Assembly: GCA_003344405.1 (NCBI GenBank)
Contig: NOWV01000178.1
Coordinates: 1-64,000, forward strand
Source of the DNA: Trichoplax sp. H2
Lineage: Eukaryota
DNA: 64,000 nucleotides
Direction: 5' to 3'
Shown: piece by piece, positions 1 through 12,029 of the stretch
Numbering within the stretch: the stretch's first letter is position 1
Layout: each line of letters starts with the position of its first letter
Made by a program: the position numbers and the translations under genes
Notes under the pieces: generated by a model
The model's input: only the letters and a program-made list of their open reading frames with translations
Database searches by the model: none
Told to the model about the DNA's origin: nothing

Positions 1-60
1 GCAAATATATTAGGTATGGCGATAACGCTTAGATCGATAAGAGATGTAGGAAAACTATAA
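1..60 (+). pseudogene. 3' fragment of an A-type 7TM receptor paralog (TM6-ECL3), ending in a premature TAA; TM7 is missing
   Basis: Translates ANILGMAITLRSIRDVGKL*, matching GMAVTLRSIRDVGKLG of the 7099 gene. The 3' flank (~280-930) is homologous to the flanks downstream of the 7099 and 13214 genes. Confidence 0.75.
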
Positions 61-986
61 TTATACCATAGTATTCGGTCGTTGGAACTGAATTATTTGG
101 TGATATAGCTAAGCTCGCCTCTTTAAGTTAGTAAGTGGCGTTCTCCGCAAGGATTGGCGTGTGTAGACTACTTTGTCACTAGTGGTGTATGACACGACCA
201 TTCATCGTAGAATGCATAAAAAAATTGTTACGAGTATAGCATGTCTTCCTAATTGCTTATTATGTTAAGCAAAGTAGGATTGTTACCGGTACTCTTTCTG
301 AATTTTACATAATATTCTGGCCAGAGATGTCAATAATTTAAAAATAAACCATCTGCAATATAATAAGTGGTTAACTTTATTTAAATTACTTCTTTTTGCG
401 CTAATGTTAATAATATTGTCAAATATTGTTTATACATAGTGTTGAAGATAGTGGATAGGATAGGTTAAAATTCTAGATATAGGCATATCGTTGATCGGTG
501 ATAAATCAATTGTATTCTGCGTAATAATTCTAATATTAACGTATATCAATACTAGCAAGATTTTTAATTTGTTTTTCTTCTCATATATTCATGAATATAT
601 TAAGAGTATCATGCTCCAAAAATTACAAGACACTCGTACACAAAGTAATAGATTTCGTAGTGCAAAGTTGTTATAAAATGCTAAAGGTATTTGTAAGTGC
701 TATTCGTGCTAACATTCTGCAATATTCAGATAGAATGACAAATTAACCAGTTGTGAAACATCTATTAAATTTTCTTTTGTTACCATTTCATTACATGCAA
801 ATGAATTATGCTAATCAAACGTTAAGCAATAGCTACGATTGAAATACTTTTGTGCTTTAAAAAAAATAGAAAAACCTAATAACTTTAGTTAGTAATGATG
901 TGTAAATGTCTATAAATTCCAATCGAATCAATTTTAGGAATTATTGCAATTACTGCCTTTAACCCTTAAGAAAATTCATATATCAG

Positions 987-1534
987 TGTAATGTAACTTA
1001 GTATTGTGATTGTAGACTGTTAGCCATGTGTAGTATAATGTACGGTAGATATTTATCCTAAGAGATATTTGGTAGGTGTAACTATAGACTGTAGTGGTAG
1101 AGACTATGCTAGAGTACAGATGACTATATACAGTAAGCTGTTGAGTTACTAATAAGGTTATAGGTAAAAATAGAACTGTAAATCATATATTAGGATATGG
1201 TTAATTCATTGTACTTTGGCTGGTGTGAATAATGTCTACGTAAGTACTGTAGTCGTATCCATATTGGATTAATGATGGTCCGCAGTAGAATAGTCTTACT
1301 AAGAATAATTTAACTATGTGTAAAATAAGGTAAAAGGTTGCCATGCGGATTGTAGCTGCGAATGCTACGGAAAATATAAAAGCATGCAACTTTAGATTAT
1401 TCTGTTAGTTCGTTGTAGAAGTCTTTAGAAGTAGTATTCGGCTAGAGTAGAGCTGTGTAGTTAATCTTTGTATAAGATTCAATAAAGCCCTTATTTTTCT
1501 AAAATTTGGAATTTCGTGATTGGTATATATCACA
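987..1534 (+). mobile_element. Solo LTR (548 bp)
   Basis: Termini TGTAAT...ATCACA; perfect 5-bp TSD ATCAG (982-986, 1535-1539); TATAAA at 1375; AATAAA at 1481. Confidence 0.75.
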
Positions 1535-2517
1535 ATCAGGTACAAAAAGTCGTTAGAAAACAATCTATGTGCATTTTAAGAGCTAGATTTAAGGCCATAA
1601 GTAGTTCTATCGGGCTTGACAGAATGCAATATTCTTAATCAATTAATAACGTAATCATTTAAAAAGTTTAATGTAGCTATAGACTACGGTACCATACTAA
1701 ACGCAACTCCTATCTGCTATGTCTAATAGTCCACGATAATAGAGTGTTAAAGAACTAATTACCTCACGTAAATTTTTAAGAGCTAGTCCTGTGATCGTAA
1801 CTAGCTCTTTGAGGTTCGATAATAGGCTATGCACTGCCGCTTACCATCAAGTTATCTTCCGTCTACAGAAAATCTACAAGCATAATCGTATTTCCATCTA
1901 AAACAGAGGCTATCAGGAAATGATAAAGATATGAATAGGCACAGCATAGAAATGCGTAGACATTAAATTATAGTTGATATCATCATTGTTTTATATCATT
2001 AAGAAGAATCTGAGATATTCGTTTAGGCGTTTTGTGCATCACCAAGGTAACATTTTCAATTTTTATCGCACTAAAGTTATGATACTATCTAGAAAGAAAT
2101 TTTTCTTATAAATACGCATAAAAATAGTAATACGGCTCTTATTCAGTATTGGTATCTTAATTATAGTCCTTAAATCACAACGATACCTGAAAATTGAGAG
2201 CAAAGAGATTAATTAAAAATAAGTAATAACTTTCCTTGCATGAAACTACAGCATTACATAAATTTAAATATTAATTTCGCTACATATTATAGCTACACTT
2301 TGTAGCTACACTTTCCTCTATATTGTATGCGAGACAATGTAGCTAATCGTATTGTAAGATTGTCATCTACTTTATGTAAATAAGGAATCTGATTGGCATA
2401 ATATTTATTGGAAGATGCAAAGCTGTCACGCTTCACTACTTCTCTCACATTGGATCTCATCGGCACTAATCATCCTATATTTTGAAATTATTGCTATAAA
2501 TCTCTTTCAATACTCCA

Positions 2518-3480
2518 ATGGCTACCAATCTAGCGTTTAATGGTTCATTAAATCAAACAGTTATTGATTACAATCTTCTAACTATCTATGCATATGCTGT
2601 AGCTGTTCCTATATCCTTTATCGGTATTCTAGCCAATTTCTTCTTACTTTATTTGATTTCCAGTGGTAACCATTTCAATCATATAACCTATAAACTTATT
2701 CGTATCGCCGTTATTTCGGATCTTACTTCATTACATTTTTCCCTTATCGTACTTACTACGTTGTTATTAATAGAAACCGTCGATTATCAGATTGCTAACA
2801 TACTATGCCAAAATACGGTGGTCATTACTTTTTGCTGCTATGGAATATCGATGACAACATTATGTATGATTAGCGTCGATCGATATTTTACTGTTGTAAG
2901 ACCATTTTCATTGCTTTATCGTAAACACAAAAAGCGAATTATTTATCTTGGTCAAGCTATAGGCTGCTTAATTTCTCTCAGTGTCTCAATACCGTGTGCA
3001 CTATTTCTCGGCGTTTATCCAGATGAGATAAGGGTTTGTGATTTTCCTAATGTGAATCTTCCTGTATCAATCTATTTTCATTTCTTAACCCTATTCTTGT
3101 TTATTATACCATTATCGATCATTATCATAAATTACTCTAGAGTTATTCTTTGTCGAGTAAATTATATTCGACCTGGACAGCAAACTGACGGTCATAGTGA
3201 TGATAGAATGAGAAGGAATAAATTTACTCGCGTACTCGTAACCATAACGAGTATTTATATACTCTCGACATGGCCATTTTTTGCCAATCTTATTGGTATG
3301 TCTGTCACGCTAAGTTCAGCCAGAGAAATAAGAAAACTGGGAACTGGAATTTATTTAATGTCATTGGCATCATTTTTTTCTACTTTTGCAGTTAATGTCA
3401 TTAGTCCGTTTATCTATTTTAAATTTGATCATAATATTAACAAGAAATTTTTTTCCACGATTCGACTTATTTTTAAATAA
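2518..3480 (+). CDS. Intronless rhodopsin-like (class A) GPCR, B-type, 320 aa
   Basis: Seven hydrophobic segments; TM1 GILAN, TM2 SDL, TM3 Cys and SVDRY, ECL2 Cys, TM6 TWPF, TM7 SPFIY; N-terminal glycosylation sequons. Confidence 0.92.
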   Translation: MATNLAFNGSLNQTVIDYNLLTIYAYAVAVPISFIGILANFFLLYLISSGNHFNHITYKLIRIAVISDLTSLHFSLIVLTTLLLIETVDYQIANILCQNTVVITFCCYGISMTTLCMISVDRYFTVVRPFSLLYRKHKKRIIYLGQAIGCLISLSVSIPCALFLGVYPDEIRVCDFPNVNLPVSIYFHFLTLFLFIIPLSIIIINYSRVILCRVNYIRPGQQTDGHSDDRMRRNKFTRVLVTITSIYILSTWPFFANLIGMSVTLSSAREIRKLGTGIYLMSLASFFSTFAVNVISPFIYFKFDHNINKKFFSTIRLIFK

Positions 3481-3794
3481 GAAAATGATCATTGTTATTA
3501 GACTATTATGGTAGCTATTTACTAGACAGCTTATTGTTCATTTTGTTAACTAAGGTAGAATTGTCTCTTTAAATTTACATCATATTTTAATTAAGGTTAT
3601 CAATAATTATAATTTAAATGCAATTTTTTATGCTAAATGATTGATTGCATTTAAACTATTTCTATATATTTATGTCGATATTTCCTTAAGAAGATTCAAG
3701 CAGTCTAGCTGCGCTACTCCACTCATATCGAATCCTATCGGCATTGATTACTGTACACTTTGGAGTTATTGTCTTTGTCTCTTCCAATACTCCC

Positions 3795-4760
3795 ATGGAT
3801 ACCAATCCAGCATTTAATAGTTCATTAAATCAATTATTGATTACAATCTTCTCACTATCTATAAGTATACTACAGTTATTTCTGAATCGCATCGGTATTC
3901 TACCTAATTTCTTCTTGCTTCATATAAATTCCAGTGATAACTATTTCAATCATATAACTTATAAATTTATTCTTATCACCGTTATTTCGGATCCTACAGT
4001 ACTTTATTGCATTTTTCTTATAATGTATTCACCACGATATCGTTATTAGAAATCGTCGATTATCACATTACCAACGTAGTATGGCAAAGGGTGGTATTCA
4101 TTACATATTACGCTATGGAGTGTTAATGACAACATCATGCATAACTGCCATCGATCGATATTTTTGCTATTGTTAGCCTTTTTCGTATCTATATCGCAAA
4201 CATAAAAGCAAATCAGCTATCCTGATTAAGCGATTGGTTGTGTCATTTCTCTCGCTATCTCAGGGCCATAAGTTCTATTTCTTGATATTTATCAAGATAA
4301 GATAAAATTTTTGCCGTGTGCCAAATAGGAATATTTGTATCAATCTATAATCAATTTGTAATCATATTCATATTTGTTGTATATACATATCGGCTATTGT
4401 TACTAATTATGTTCGAATTATTCGTTATCAAGTAAGATATTTTAGACCTGGGCAGCTAACTGAAGGCCGTAATGATGATAGATTGAAAAATATAAATTTA
4501 CTTATTCCCTCACAACCACAACGAGCATTTACGTACTCTCAATACGCCCATTTCTTGCTAGTACCGTAGGTATGTCCGTAACACTTAAGTCACTAAGAGA
4601 AATTAGATAACTTAATACTGTATAAGATTTTATTTAGTGCCTGTGGCTCCATTTTCTACATTTTCTGTTGATGTCACAAGCCAATTTGTCTTTTTAAATT
4701 TAATCACAATATTAACTGTAAACTATTATCGATAATTTGGTGTATTTACATAAAACATAA
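3795..4760 (+). pseudogene. C-type GPCR pseudogene with multiple frameshifts and stops
   Basis: Colinear nucleotide similarity to the neighbouring GPCRs from ATGGATACCAAT through ATCGATCGATAT (DRY) to the TM7/C-terminus; reading frame broken repeatedly. Confidence 0.85.
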
Positions 4761-5220
4761 CTACTGTTGTAATCTGTCTTCATAGCTATTTATCTTGCCA
4801 AGATACTTAAAATTGTTAATCTAATTAAATTTGATCACAATTTTGACCTAGCCGGAGTTGTCAATAAGTTGAATAAATCAAACAAAATAAATGATTTATT
4901 TTACTTGGAATACTTCCGCTGTATGCTATCAAAGGATATTACTATAGATATTTTCTAAGTACTAAATATATGTGCATACGCCTTTATTTATCAAAGTAAG
5001 CTAGTTTTAAAGATAGTTAATAGGTTGAAATACTATAAACTGGCTCGTTATGATCTGTAATTAAAAAATTTACATAGTAATTATATTTCCAATCCGTCAA
5101 ACTGTTATTGAACATTTTTAATTTACCTTTCCCATATTTACAAACACAAAATAGTTAGCACACTTCAAAATTCAAGATACTTGAAATCAAAGTGAGAAAT
5201 CACTAATACTTCAAGGCATA

Positions 5221-5771
5221 TGTTACGGTGTTGCCTTGTCATTAGGATAGCTTAATAAGTAAAGTAGTAGCTAGTATGGAGAATATCCATACTTGTAGTG
5301 CTAGGTAAGATAAGTAATGCCTTAACGTGGATGTTGTTTGTAATAGTTCATTACATATTTGATATTGATTGTTATTGTGTGATAGATAGGAGTAGGATGA
5401 TTCAAGTTCTAGTTGATGATAGTTGAATTAGACAACCTACGAGCTTAGATTAAGATTAAGTATGAGTAAGAGATTCGAAATATTTACTGATAGAAAAGCT
5501 ATGTAAGGAGCATCTTAGTTCGAGATGATTCTCCTAGAAAGGTATAATAATAATACTGTTGTTGTTTACAAATTGGACGGTTCCTATATAAACGGGAACA
5601 TTTGAGTTGAGTGGTGTGGTAAAAAGTTGTAGATGTATCTTTGCTAATAAAAGTTTCATCTTTACGGTCTTTTGCTGTGTGTGGTTAACGTTAGGTAAAA
5701 GGGCCTTTAAGTCAGTAGCTACTTATAGACTTTTACTATACGTTACTTGTCGCAGAAGCGAAATTGTGACA
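5221..5771 (+). mobile_element. Solo LTR (551 bp)
   Basis: Termini TGTTAC...GTGACA; perfect TSD GCATA (5216-5220, 5772-5776); TATATAAA at 5585; AATAAA at 5646; the paralogous site near 11320 lacks the element. Confidence 0.85.
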
Positions 5772-6646
5772 GCATACTATATAATGCATTGTAGCGTTAG
5801 AAAATGAATGCACTGTACTTTTAAATGCTACCTCAGCAGTCTTAACTAACGGTATTAGGGTCGAATATCGTACACTAGAGTTTCTATCTAATTTATTACA
5901 AGCCTACAATATTAATTATAGATTGTAGCGCATTTATTAATCATTTCCCATTCTATAGAAGATCTAAGTACAATAATTTAACCTACCTCTACCTATTCTA
6001 CAGTCAACATAGCTAGAGATCCTAACCAGAGATTAGTTAAAGTGCAATTACATCCATTTGAAAACTTTAATGCAAGGTATTGACATAAATGTACTGTACA
6101 GGTAAATTATTCGAGTTTCATTCACGAACTTATTTTATAGTAGTTACGCATAGTACGTTGCACTATACAATTTAAGTACTAGTTATTAAAGTCTTCTACA
6201 TACTTGAAAGTATAAATTGATGATAAAAATTTAGTTTATAACAATATTTTAAATCGAAAATAAATATAAATGATCTTAAGTCTAAAAATTACTCCTAATA
6301 TTTTAAAAATAATCGTTATATCACTAAGATATCTTCAAGTAAGAGAAATTACACTCTGAAACAACGAGAAATATTCCTTATATCTGTACCACACACATTT
6401 ACTGGAAAGATTTAAAATATTAATAGCATTACTAACGCTACTCTTTCGTTCTATTGCTGTTGTCTTTCTGTATTTATAGGAAAAAATATAGCTAATCCTG
6501 TTAATTGCAAATTGGTTACGTATTTCATATTATAACTACCAAATCTTAACAGCATAAAAATAAATTACTTATAAAAGTAAGAAAATTTTTTTCTCGGCGT
6601 CTCTTATTTTATCGTATATCGAATCGCACAAATAACCTTTACTTTG

Positions 6647-6742
6647 TGTGACAGTGTTACATACTGTATTAGAGTAGAAATATCTATGTTAGGATAATTC
6701 TGTTAGATTATCCTTATTTTAGTTAACTTCTAATTTGGATAT
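6647..6742 (+). mobile_element. 5' end of an LTR, running into an assembly gap
   Basis: Starts TGTGACAGTGTTACATACTGTATT and closely matches the 5' end of the 12148 LTR; truncated by Ns. Confidence 0.75.
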
Positions 6743-6762
6743 NNNNNNNNNNNNNNNNNNNN
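6743..6762. other. Assembly gap (20 N) with duplicated flanks 6337-6640 / 6763-7066
   Basis: N run with near-identical 304-bp segments on either side. Confidence 0.95.
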
Positions 6763-7098
6763 AAGTAAGAGAAATTACACTCTGAAACAACGAGAAATAT
6801 TCCTTATATCTGTACCACACACATTTACTGGAAAGATTTAAAATATTAATAGCATTACTAACGCTACTCTTTCGTTCTATTGATATTGTCTTTCTGTATT
6901 TATAGGAAAAAATATAGCTAATCCTGTTAATTGCAAATTGGTTACGTATTTCATATTATAACTACCAAATCTTAACAGCATAAAAATAAATTAATTATAA
7001 AAGTAAGAAAATTTTTTTCTCGGCGTCTCTTATTTTATCGTATATCGAATCGCACAAATAACCTTTGAAAAATATTTCTTCTACTCTTTCTACACACT

Positions 7099-8067
7099 AT
7101 GGCTACAAATCTCATGTCGAACAGTACACTGAATCTAACAATTATTGATTATAGCCTTCTAGCTACTTATGCTTATATTGTATCTATTCCTGTATTTTTT
7201 ATCGGTATTCTAGCCAATTTCTTTTTGCTTTATTTGATCTCTAGCGATAGTCAATTCAATTATATAACTTATAAGCTTATTCGTATCGCTGTTATTTCTG
7301 ATCTTGTTTCATTGCATGCTTCTTTTACCGTATTCATTATAATTACATTGTTAAAAACGATAAATTATTATATTGCTACAGTAATGTGTCAAATAACTAT
7401 TGTTATTACTTATTCCTGTTACGGAGTATCGATGACAACACTATGTATGATTAGCGTCGATCGATATTTCGCTATCGTTAGACCATTTTCGTCTCTATAT
7501 CGTAAACATAAAAAGCGAATCGTGTATTTTGGTCAAGCGATAGGTTGTGTAATTGCTTTCAGTATCTCAGGACCAGGTGTAATATTTCTTGGAGTTTATC
7601 CAGATGAGATAAAAATTTGCGATGTGCCAAGTATGAATATCTCTGTATCAATTTATTTTCTAATTGTAACTTTGTTCTTATTTATTATACCGTTATCGAT
7701 TATTGTTACTAACTATGCTCGCATTATTCGTTATCGAGTAAATAGAGTTCGTCCTGGGCGATTAGCTGAAGGTCGTAATGATGATAGATTGAAAACGCAT
7801 AAATTTATTCGCGTACTAATAACAATAACGAGTATTTATATACTATCGACATGGCCATATTTTGCATGTATCACAGGTATGGCGGTAACACTTAGATCAA
7901 TAAGAGATGTAGGAAAACTGGGTATGGGATTTTATATAATAGGTGTAGGTTCATTTTTATCTACATTTGCGATTAATATTATAAGTCCATTTGTCTATTT
8001 TAAATTCGATTACAATATTAAGAGGAAACTATTAACGACTATTCGACGTATAATACATAAAAAATAA
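7099..8067 (+). CDS. Intronless class A GPCR, A-type, 322 aa
   Basis: 7TM pattern; GILAN, SVDRY, TWPY, SPFVY. Confidence 0.92.
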   Translation: MATNLMSNSTLNLTIIDYSLLATYAYIVSIPVFFIGILANFFLLYLISSDSQFNYITYKLIRIAVISDLVSLHASFTVFIIITLLKTINYYIATVMCQITIVITYSCYGVSMTTLCMISVDRYFAIVRPFSSLYRKHKKRIVYFGQAIGCVIAFSISGPGVIFLGVYPDEIKICDVPSMNISVSIYFLIVTLFLFIIPLSIIVTNYARIIRYRVNRVRPGRLAEGRNDDRLKTHKFIRVLITITSIYILSTWPYFACITGMAVTLRSIRDVGKLGMGFYIIGVGSFLSTFAINIISPFVYFKFDYNIKRKLLTTIRRIIHKK

Positions 8068-8659
8068 TTGTTATGAGTACAGAATATCTTTCTAGCTGCA
8101 TATCATACCGGCTTTAGCAGAATTTTTACCCGTGCTGTTTTTAAATCTTACATAAAGTAGACAGAGTTGCTCATAATTTAAAATTAAACTATCTTCAGTA
8201 TAACAAACGGTCAATTTTATTTATTTAAATTATTTCTATTGTACTAATATTGTCAAATGGTATTTATACAGATACTCTCTTAACGTTAATAAAATATATA
8301 TGTCAAAATATATAAATCTATCAATGTATATATTATATCATAGTATCAAAGGTAGTGGATAGGTTATTAAATTGCTAGATATAGGCGCATCGTTCATCGG
8401 TAATAGAGCAGTTATCTTCTACGTAATAATTCCAATATTAATATATATCAACTCTAATAAAATCTTCAATTTGCCTTTTCATGAGTTCATAAATGTAATA
8501 ATATTAGCATGCTTTAAAACTAAAAAGACATTTGGACAGAAGGCAGTAAATTATTAAGAGCAAAGTTGTTATAAACAGTTAATGGCATTTAGTAGTACTA
8601 TTTGTGCAACATTCTGTAATAAATCCGTAGAATGACGATTAACCAGTTTTTGAAAAATC

Positions 8660-9394
8660 TACTGTGCAATGAAATGAAATGTGTAGAAACTAAGCTACAA
8701 AACTTCTAACATACTTTGATTCTACTTTCTTTGCAATCTGGTCGACTTAATAAAACTTTAACACCAAATAAAGTTGGGAAACAACCGATCAACAATTTAG
8801 GAAGAAAACGCGAGAGCGTCTGATCAAACAACCTTCCAAATACTTAATTCTAAGTATTATAAGTAAAGAAATATAAAAAACGACAGAACTGAAACTGTCA
8901 ACAACCAAAAAACCTAACAAAAAGGAGAACATTTCCACTTACAACAGTTCCACCCCGAAGGCCTTTAAAATTCAACAAGTTCTTCAAAAGAATCTCTTGT
9001 TACTCTCTACTCTAAATTTTCTGATTGCACTATCATTTATAGACTTCGCAGAGCTCTCAATGGTATTTAAAAGTAAATGTTTATTAACCAATCATTCTTA
9101 AGATCCATTTTAGAAATCTACTTTGCACCACTTAATTTAAGAAAACAAGAATCATTCAAAGTTCAAACCCAATTTACCTTATGATTCCCTTACAAAATAC
9201 TATAAACCATCAAACTAACTATAAAATACATCAAACTTTACTTCTAACATAATTTCTAATCTTTAAAAAATTATAAAAATCTAAAAATTAACCCTTAAAC
9301 ATCAAGATTTAGTCATAAAAATAACAGTCTTACTACTTAACAATCAATGCAACCTCTGCCATTTGCCATCTTATTTTCTATTTTCCTCACTAAA
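8660..9394 (+). mobile_element. A/C-rich insertion replacing the 5' half of a B-type GPCR; possibly a decayed retroelement (Penelope-like)
   Basis: Homology to the paralogous flanks stops at ~8660 and GPCR sequence resumes at ~9395. A frameshifted read near 8930-9010 gives FPLTT-FHP-AFKIQQVLQKNLLLL, reminiscent of the Penelope RT-to-GIY-YIG linker. Family assignment is weak. Confidence 0.35.
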
Positions 9395-9823
9395 CTTTCC
9401 TAATGTAATCTATTTTCATTTCTTAACCCTATTCTTGTTCATTATACCATTATCGATTATCATTATAAATTACGCTAGAGTTATTCTTTGTCGAGTAAAT
9501 TATGTTCGACCTGGACAGCAAACTGACGGTCATAGTGATGATAGATTTAGAAGGAATAAATTTACTCGCGTACTCGTAACGATAACGAGTATTTATATAC
9601 TCTCGGCATGGCCATTTTTTGTCAATCTTATTGGTATGGCTAACACGTTTAAGTCAAGAAGAGAAATAAGAAAACTAGGAACAGGAATTTATTTAATGTC
9701 ATTGGTATCGTTTTTTCTACTTTTGCGGTTAATGCCATTAGTCCTTTTGTCTGCTTCAAATTTGATCATAATATTAACAAGAAATTTTTTTCCACTATTC
9801 GACTTATTTTACATAAAAAATAG
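9395..9823 (+). pseudogene. 5'-truncated B-type GPCR (TM5-TM7) with a frameshift in TM7
   Basis: Near-identical to the 3' halves of the 2518 and 16203 genes; 1-bp loss in a T run near 9711; no 5' half. Confidence 0.88.
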
Positions 9824-10034
9824 TTATTATTATTGGCCTGTTATGGTACTATTCATTTGGTTGACTAATTAACGACTTTAATTTTCCACCACTATCTATA
9901 CACCTTGTATTTAGGTCGATGTTTTCTTAAGAAGATGTAGGTATTCTTGCTATGTCGCTCTTCTCATACAGGATCTCTTCGGCATTAACCATTCTGGATT
10001 TTGAAATTATTGCTCTATCTCTTCCATTACTCTC

Positions 10035-10870
10035 ATACCTGCGAATCTGGTGTTCAATAGATCATCAAATCAAACACTTAGTGATTACAACCTTCCAAAT
10101 AGCTATCCATATATTGAAGCCATTCTTATATCCTATATCGGTATTCTAGCCTATTTCTTCTTGCTTATTTAATTCCAGTCGTAACCATTTCAACCATATA
10201 ATCTATAAATTTATTTGTATCGCCGTTATTTCGGATCTTACTGCATTCCATTTTTCTTATATCAGGCTTGCCACGAGGTCGTTGCTAGAAATCTTCGATG
10301 ATCATATTACTAAGGTGCTATGGCAAAACATAGTATTATTATATATCGCTGCTATGGAGTATCAATGACAACATTGTGCATAACTATGATTGATCAATAT
10401 TTTGCTATTAATAGTTAGACCATTTTCGTATCTATATAGCAAACATAAATAGTAAATCATCTACCTTGATCAAGTGATTGGCAGCGTCATTTCTCTCAAT
10501 GTCTCAGAACCATGTGTACTATTTCTTGGTTATTATATCGATATAAAAAATTTTTTGCAATGTGCTCTATAGGAATATATCTCTGAGTCAATCTATAATC
10601 TGTCTGTAACCATGTTCGAATTATTCGTTTTCAAGTTAGATATTTTAGACCTACGTAATTAGCTGAAGGTCGTAATGATGACGATATGTCTATAATACTT
10701 AAGTCATAAAGAGAAATAAGAAAAATTGATGTAGGATTTTAGTGTCAGTGGCTTCCTTTTTTCTACATTTTTGGTTAATAAAAGAAGTCAATTTATCTGT
10801 TTTTAATTTGATCATAATATTAATATCAAATTGTTAACGACCATTCGGCGTATTTTACATAAAACAAAGG
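10035..10870 (+). pseudogene. C-type GPCR pseudogene (start codon lost, internal deletions)
   Basis: Colinear with 3795-4760, including the downstream flank (10870-11960 resembles 4760-6370); multiple stops and deletions. Confidence 0.85.
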
Positions 10871-12029
10871 TATTGTTATCATTCTGTCTTCTAGCTATTT
10901 ATCTTGCTAAGATACTAACAATTGTTAATCTAATCAAATTTGATTACAATTTTAGCCGGAGTAGTCAATAAGTAGAATTAAATCAGTTATAATGAATGAT
11001 CTAATTTACTATAATACTTGTACTATATATTATCAAAGGATTTCAGTATAGATATTTTGTAAGTACCTACTGTACGTGTATACGCCTTTAATTTATCAAA
11101 GTAACCTTACATTGAAGATAGTTAGTTGGTTGAAATACTATATACTGGCTCATGACAATCAGTTATTAAAACATTTACTTCGTAATTTTATTTCAATCCA
11201 TTAAACTCTTATTGCACATTTGTAAATTATCTTTCCTATATTTACAAATGTAAAACAATTAGCACACTTTAAAATTTAAGACATTTGAAATCAAAGTGAT
11301 AAATCGCTATCACTTCAAGCAATATTATATGATACATTATAACATTACAAAATGATCTCATTGCACTTGCGAAAGTTAGCTCCGAATTCTGAAATAACTG
11401 CATTGGGTTTACGAATATAGTACACGAGAGATCTCTCTCTTATTTGTTACACGTCTGCACCATTACGGATTGGTTGTACACTTTCAATCATTTCTCATTC
11501 TATAGATGATCTACTTACAGTAGTAATTCAAACTACCGATAACTATTCTACTATCAGCATAGCCAGACATTCTAACCAGAGGTTAATTAAAAGTATTTAC
11601 ATCTGTTTAAATGTTTTAAGGTAAGGTATTGCCGCAATAGTACTTACTGTATGGTAAATTATCCCTAATCTCATTCACGAACTTATTTTTGTAAGAGTTA
11701 TAAACAATTTGTTGCTAAAGTTTGTGTAGTTGGCCGTATTTTCCATTCCCTCTTATTTACCATGTAATTTAAGTAGGGGTAATAGAAGTCTCCTACAATA
11801 TATAAAGATATAAATTGATGATGAAAATGTAGATTGTAACAATAATCTGAATTGAAAAGAAATACAAATGGTCACAAATCTAATAATTAATCACCAATGA
11901 TGCTTTAAGGTTAATCACTAGGATATCTAAAAGTAAGAGAAATTAGACTGTGAAAGATTGAAAAATATTCTTATATCGGTATGTTACAAATCGAAATTAA
12001 TATCGAGGAAAAATTTGAACTGTTATAGA

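Noticed and set aside
57..194. Possible LTR 3' remnant truncating the first GPCR (CTTTAAGTTAGTAAG block, ends ATGACA)
   Set aside because: No 5' terminus or TSD can be identified; too short to support as a feature.
491..676. Short ORF with similar ORF at 8372-8557
   Set aside because: Similarity comes from duplicated 3' flanks; TTG starts, frames diverge, and the third copy has no equivalent ORF.
3744..4049. 101-aa ORF (also 9363-9872, 9952-10149, 43727-43918)
   Set aside because: These are frameshifted pieces of GPCR pseudogenes, not independent genes.
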